A DNA stretch of 64,000 nucleotides from Eledone cirrhosa (Eukaryota). Position numbers and translations under genes: made by a program. This document shows positions 62,309 through 64,000 of the stretch, piece after piece (within the stretch, counting starts at the first letter, position 1; every line of letters begins with the position of its first letter). The stretch covers positions 195,610,001 to 195,674,000 of the forward strand of contig OZ024742.1 of assembly GCA_964016885.1 (NCBI GenBank), read 5' to 3'. The notes below the pieces were generated by a model. It saw only the letters and a list, made by a program, of their open reading frames with translations, did not search any database and was not told the DNA's origin.

Positions 62309-62324
62309 AAAGAAAACTGTGATT

Positions 62325-63327
62325 TAAAACCTGAGACTCGATGTTAGCCAATGATATTGACCTGTTCTTTTGGGATACCTATTACTGTTGTACAGAGAGT
62401 GGGATTGGTCCAGTGCAAGGCCTTTCTTCACTTACTAAACGCTTCAAGCACAGGCATCACTTGATCTAAACGTTGTTCACGTGCTTTGCGTGAACATAAC
62501 TGTCTGTAGCCGAAAAAGGCTTTCTTTTTTCACCTACTGCATATGCAGAAAGGAATCTAAGTCCTTGAGGGGACTAAAAAGTCGCATTTGTGCCATCTAT
62601 GCGTGATGGCAATTCTCGAAAGCGTGATACAACAATCATGTATGTATAAATGTATGCATGGTTGTATGTATGTCTATGTATGTGTGTATGTATGTCTATA
62701 TGTATGTATGTATGTCAGGTTGCTCTCAGGTGTTACTGGTAACATGTAACCCAGTACAACCTGTCTCATGGTCGGGTCGTTGGCGGCTAAATCGGCAACC
62801 CCACCAAGCTTGCTTGATGAGGAGGGTGATATTTGGTCACCCTGTGGGATGAAATACAAGACACGTCAAAGGGCGGAGGAGCACAGCAGAGTCAACGGCC
62901 ATCCAAATAGTACTTCTTTTTTTTTTTTTCAACTGGGAGTGAAAGGCCCCCAGTTGTTGTCACAACACCTTTCTAAGAGAGGGAAACACTGGAAAAAAAC
63001 CTGCGGCTTCGGAAGCAGCCGATGATATAGACCAGTTCTCCTTTTCGAGTAGTATTTTCGATGCTCAGAGAGTAGGATTGGTCGATTGCAAGGCCTTTCC
63101 CCCCACTTAAAAAACCTTCAAAGCACAGGCATTGCCTGTTCAGTATACGTTACAGGTTTGTGTGGCTGGCCTTAGCCTAAAAGTGCACCATATTCTGTAA
63201 TCTGACAACCTATTAGAATACTCTTAGCAAAATTTGCAGCCAACATGTATGTATGTATGTATGTATGTATGTATGTATGTATGTATGTATGTATGTATGT
63301 ATGTATGTATGTATGTATGTATGTATG
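62325..63327 (+). mobile_element. Two further, more diverged bipartite RTE derivatives in tandem (about 62325-62648 and 62716-63327), each ending in (TGTA)n
   Basis: Both share AAAACCTG..CAGAGAGT.GGATTGGT..TGCAAGGCCTTTC..GCACAGGCAT. Their tails read GGCAATTCTCGAAAGCGTG..CAATCATGTATG and ATACTC..GCAGCCAACATGTATG. Confidence 0.7.
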
Positions 63328-64000
63328 TTCTTCTGGTTTTATAATTTCACAAAGTTTTACCAATAGAGAGAGAGTCGGTTTCTAACATAGACACAAGACA
63401 CTCTCATTGGAATTTACACAACATCAACTCGGTAGATATGTATGTATGCATGCATGTGTAGATATGGATGTTATTGTATGTGTGGATGTGTATGTTTTGA
63501 GTTGTATGTGTGCATGTGTATATGCTTTGCATCTGTACATGTGTATATGCAGTTATTAGATGCAAAACGTTTGGAATGTTTTACATATTTTTACTGTTCC
63601 ATTAATGGATTGTACTTGTAATTTCCTAACTAGTTGTGTTCTTTCTGTTCCTGTGAAGCCTAGCTTCTCAAGATTTTGAGGCAGTTACTAACATATCCCA
63701 GTGCCCCAATAATCACAGGCATAAATCTGAAGGTGTAATCAGGGTGGAGTATATGCATATTTCTCATCCGTTCTGCATAGATATTCTCCTTTTCACTAAT
63801 CTTTGATATTATATTGGCATCTGCTGGGCAGCTAATTTCCACTACTGTGCATGCTTTCTTCTCCCTATCCCATATCATAATATCTGGTCTGTTATGCCTG
63901 CATTTTATTGGGGTTTTTACTGGAACATTCCACCAGTACTCTTTCATATTATGTACATGGATGTCTTCCACATTGTTGTAGTTTTTAATGTGTTTATTAT
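63328..64000 (-). mobile_element. R4/Dong-like RLE non-LTR retrotransposon 3' end (endonuclease, stop at about 63556, 3' UTR), continues beyond the window
   Basis: EYWWNVPVKT..HNRPDIMIWD..VVEISCP..KENIY..PVIIGALGYV, then after a frameshift LEKLGF..LVRKLQ..INGTVKICKTF. The terminus abuts (CATA)n. The clade call rests on motif resemblance. Confidence 0.8.

Overview
Eukaryotic, AT-rich, repeat-dominated DNA. The SINE and LINE families look like those of an octopus-type cephalopod (inference). Bases 1-23,220 are a single 45-bp tandem satellite (about 515 units) with kilobase-scale internal duplications. The ORFs called there arise only because the + strand of the unit lacks stop codons. The rest of the window is a mosaic of transposable elements: Penelope-like elements (PLEs) arranged as fold-backs, nested RTE LINEs, one full-length intact RTE (APE-RT-3xC2H2, 1181 aa) with short internally deleted derivatives, a maT/DD37D-like transposase pseudogene, two Gypsy relics, CRE-like and R4-like RLE fragments, Helitron-like pieces, MITEs and many tRNA-derived SINEs. 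The only convincing host-gene piece is a terminal exon of a GT32-type glycosyltransferase (61,094-61,581, minus strand). Two observations stand out. First, at least four readable hammerhead ribozyme motifs plus two variants occur, mostly in fold-back insertions that share one geometry at (TA)n microsatellites. Second, the same R4-like 3' end abuts the (TATG)n tail of an RTE-family element twice, tail-to-tail. All coordinates were read by eye and element ends are approximate. No database searches were run.
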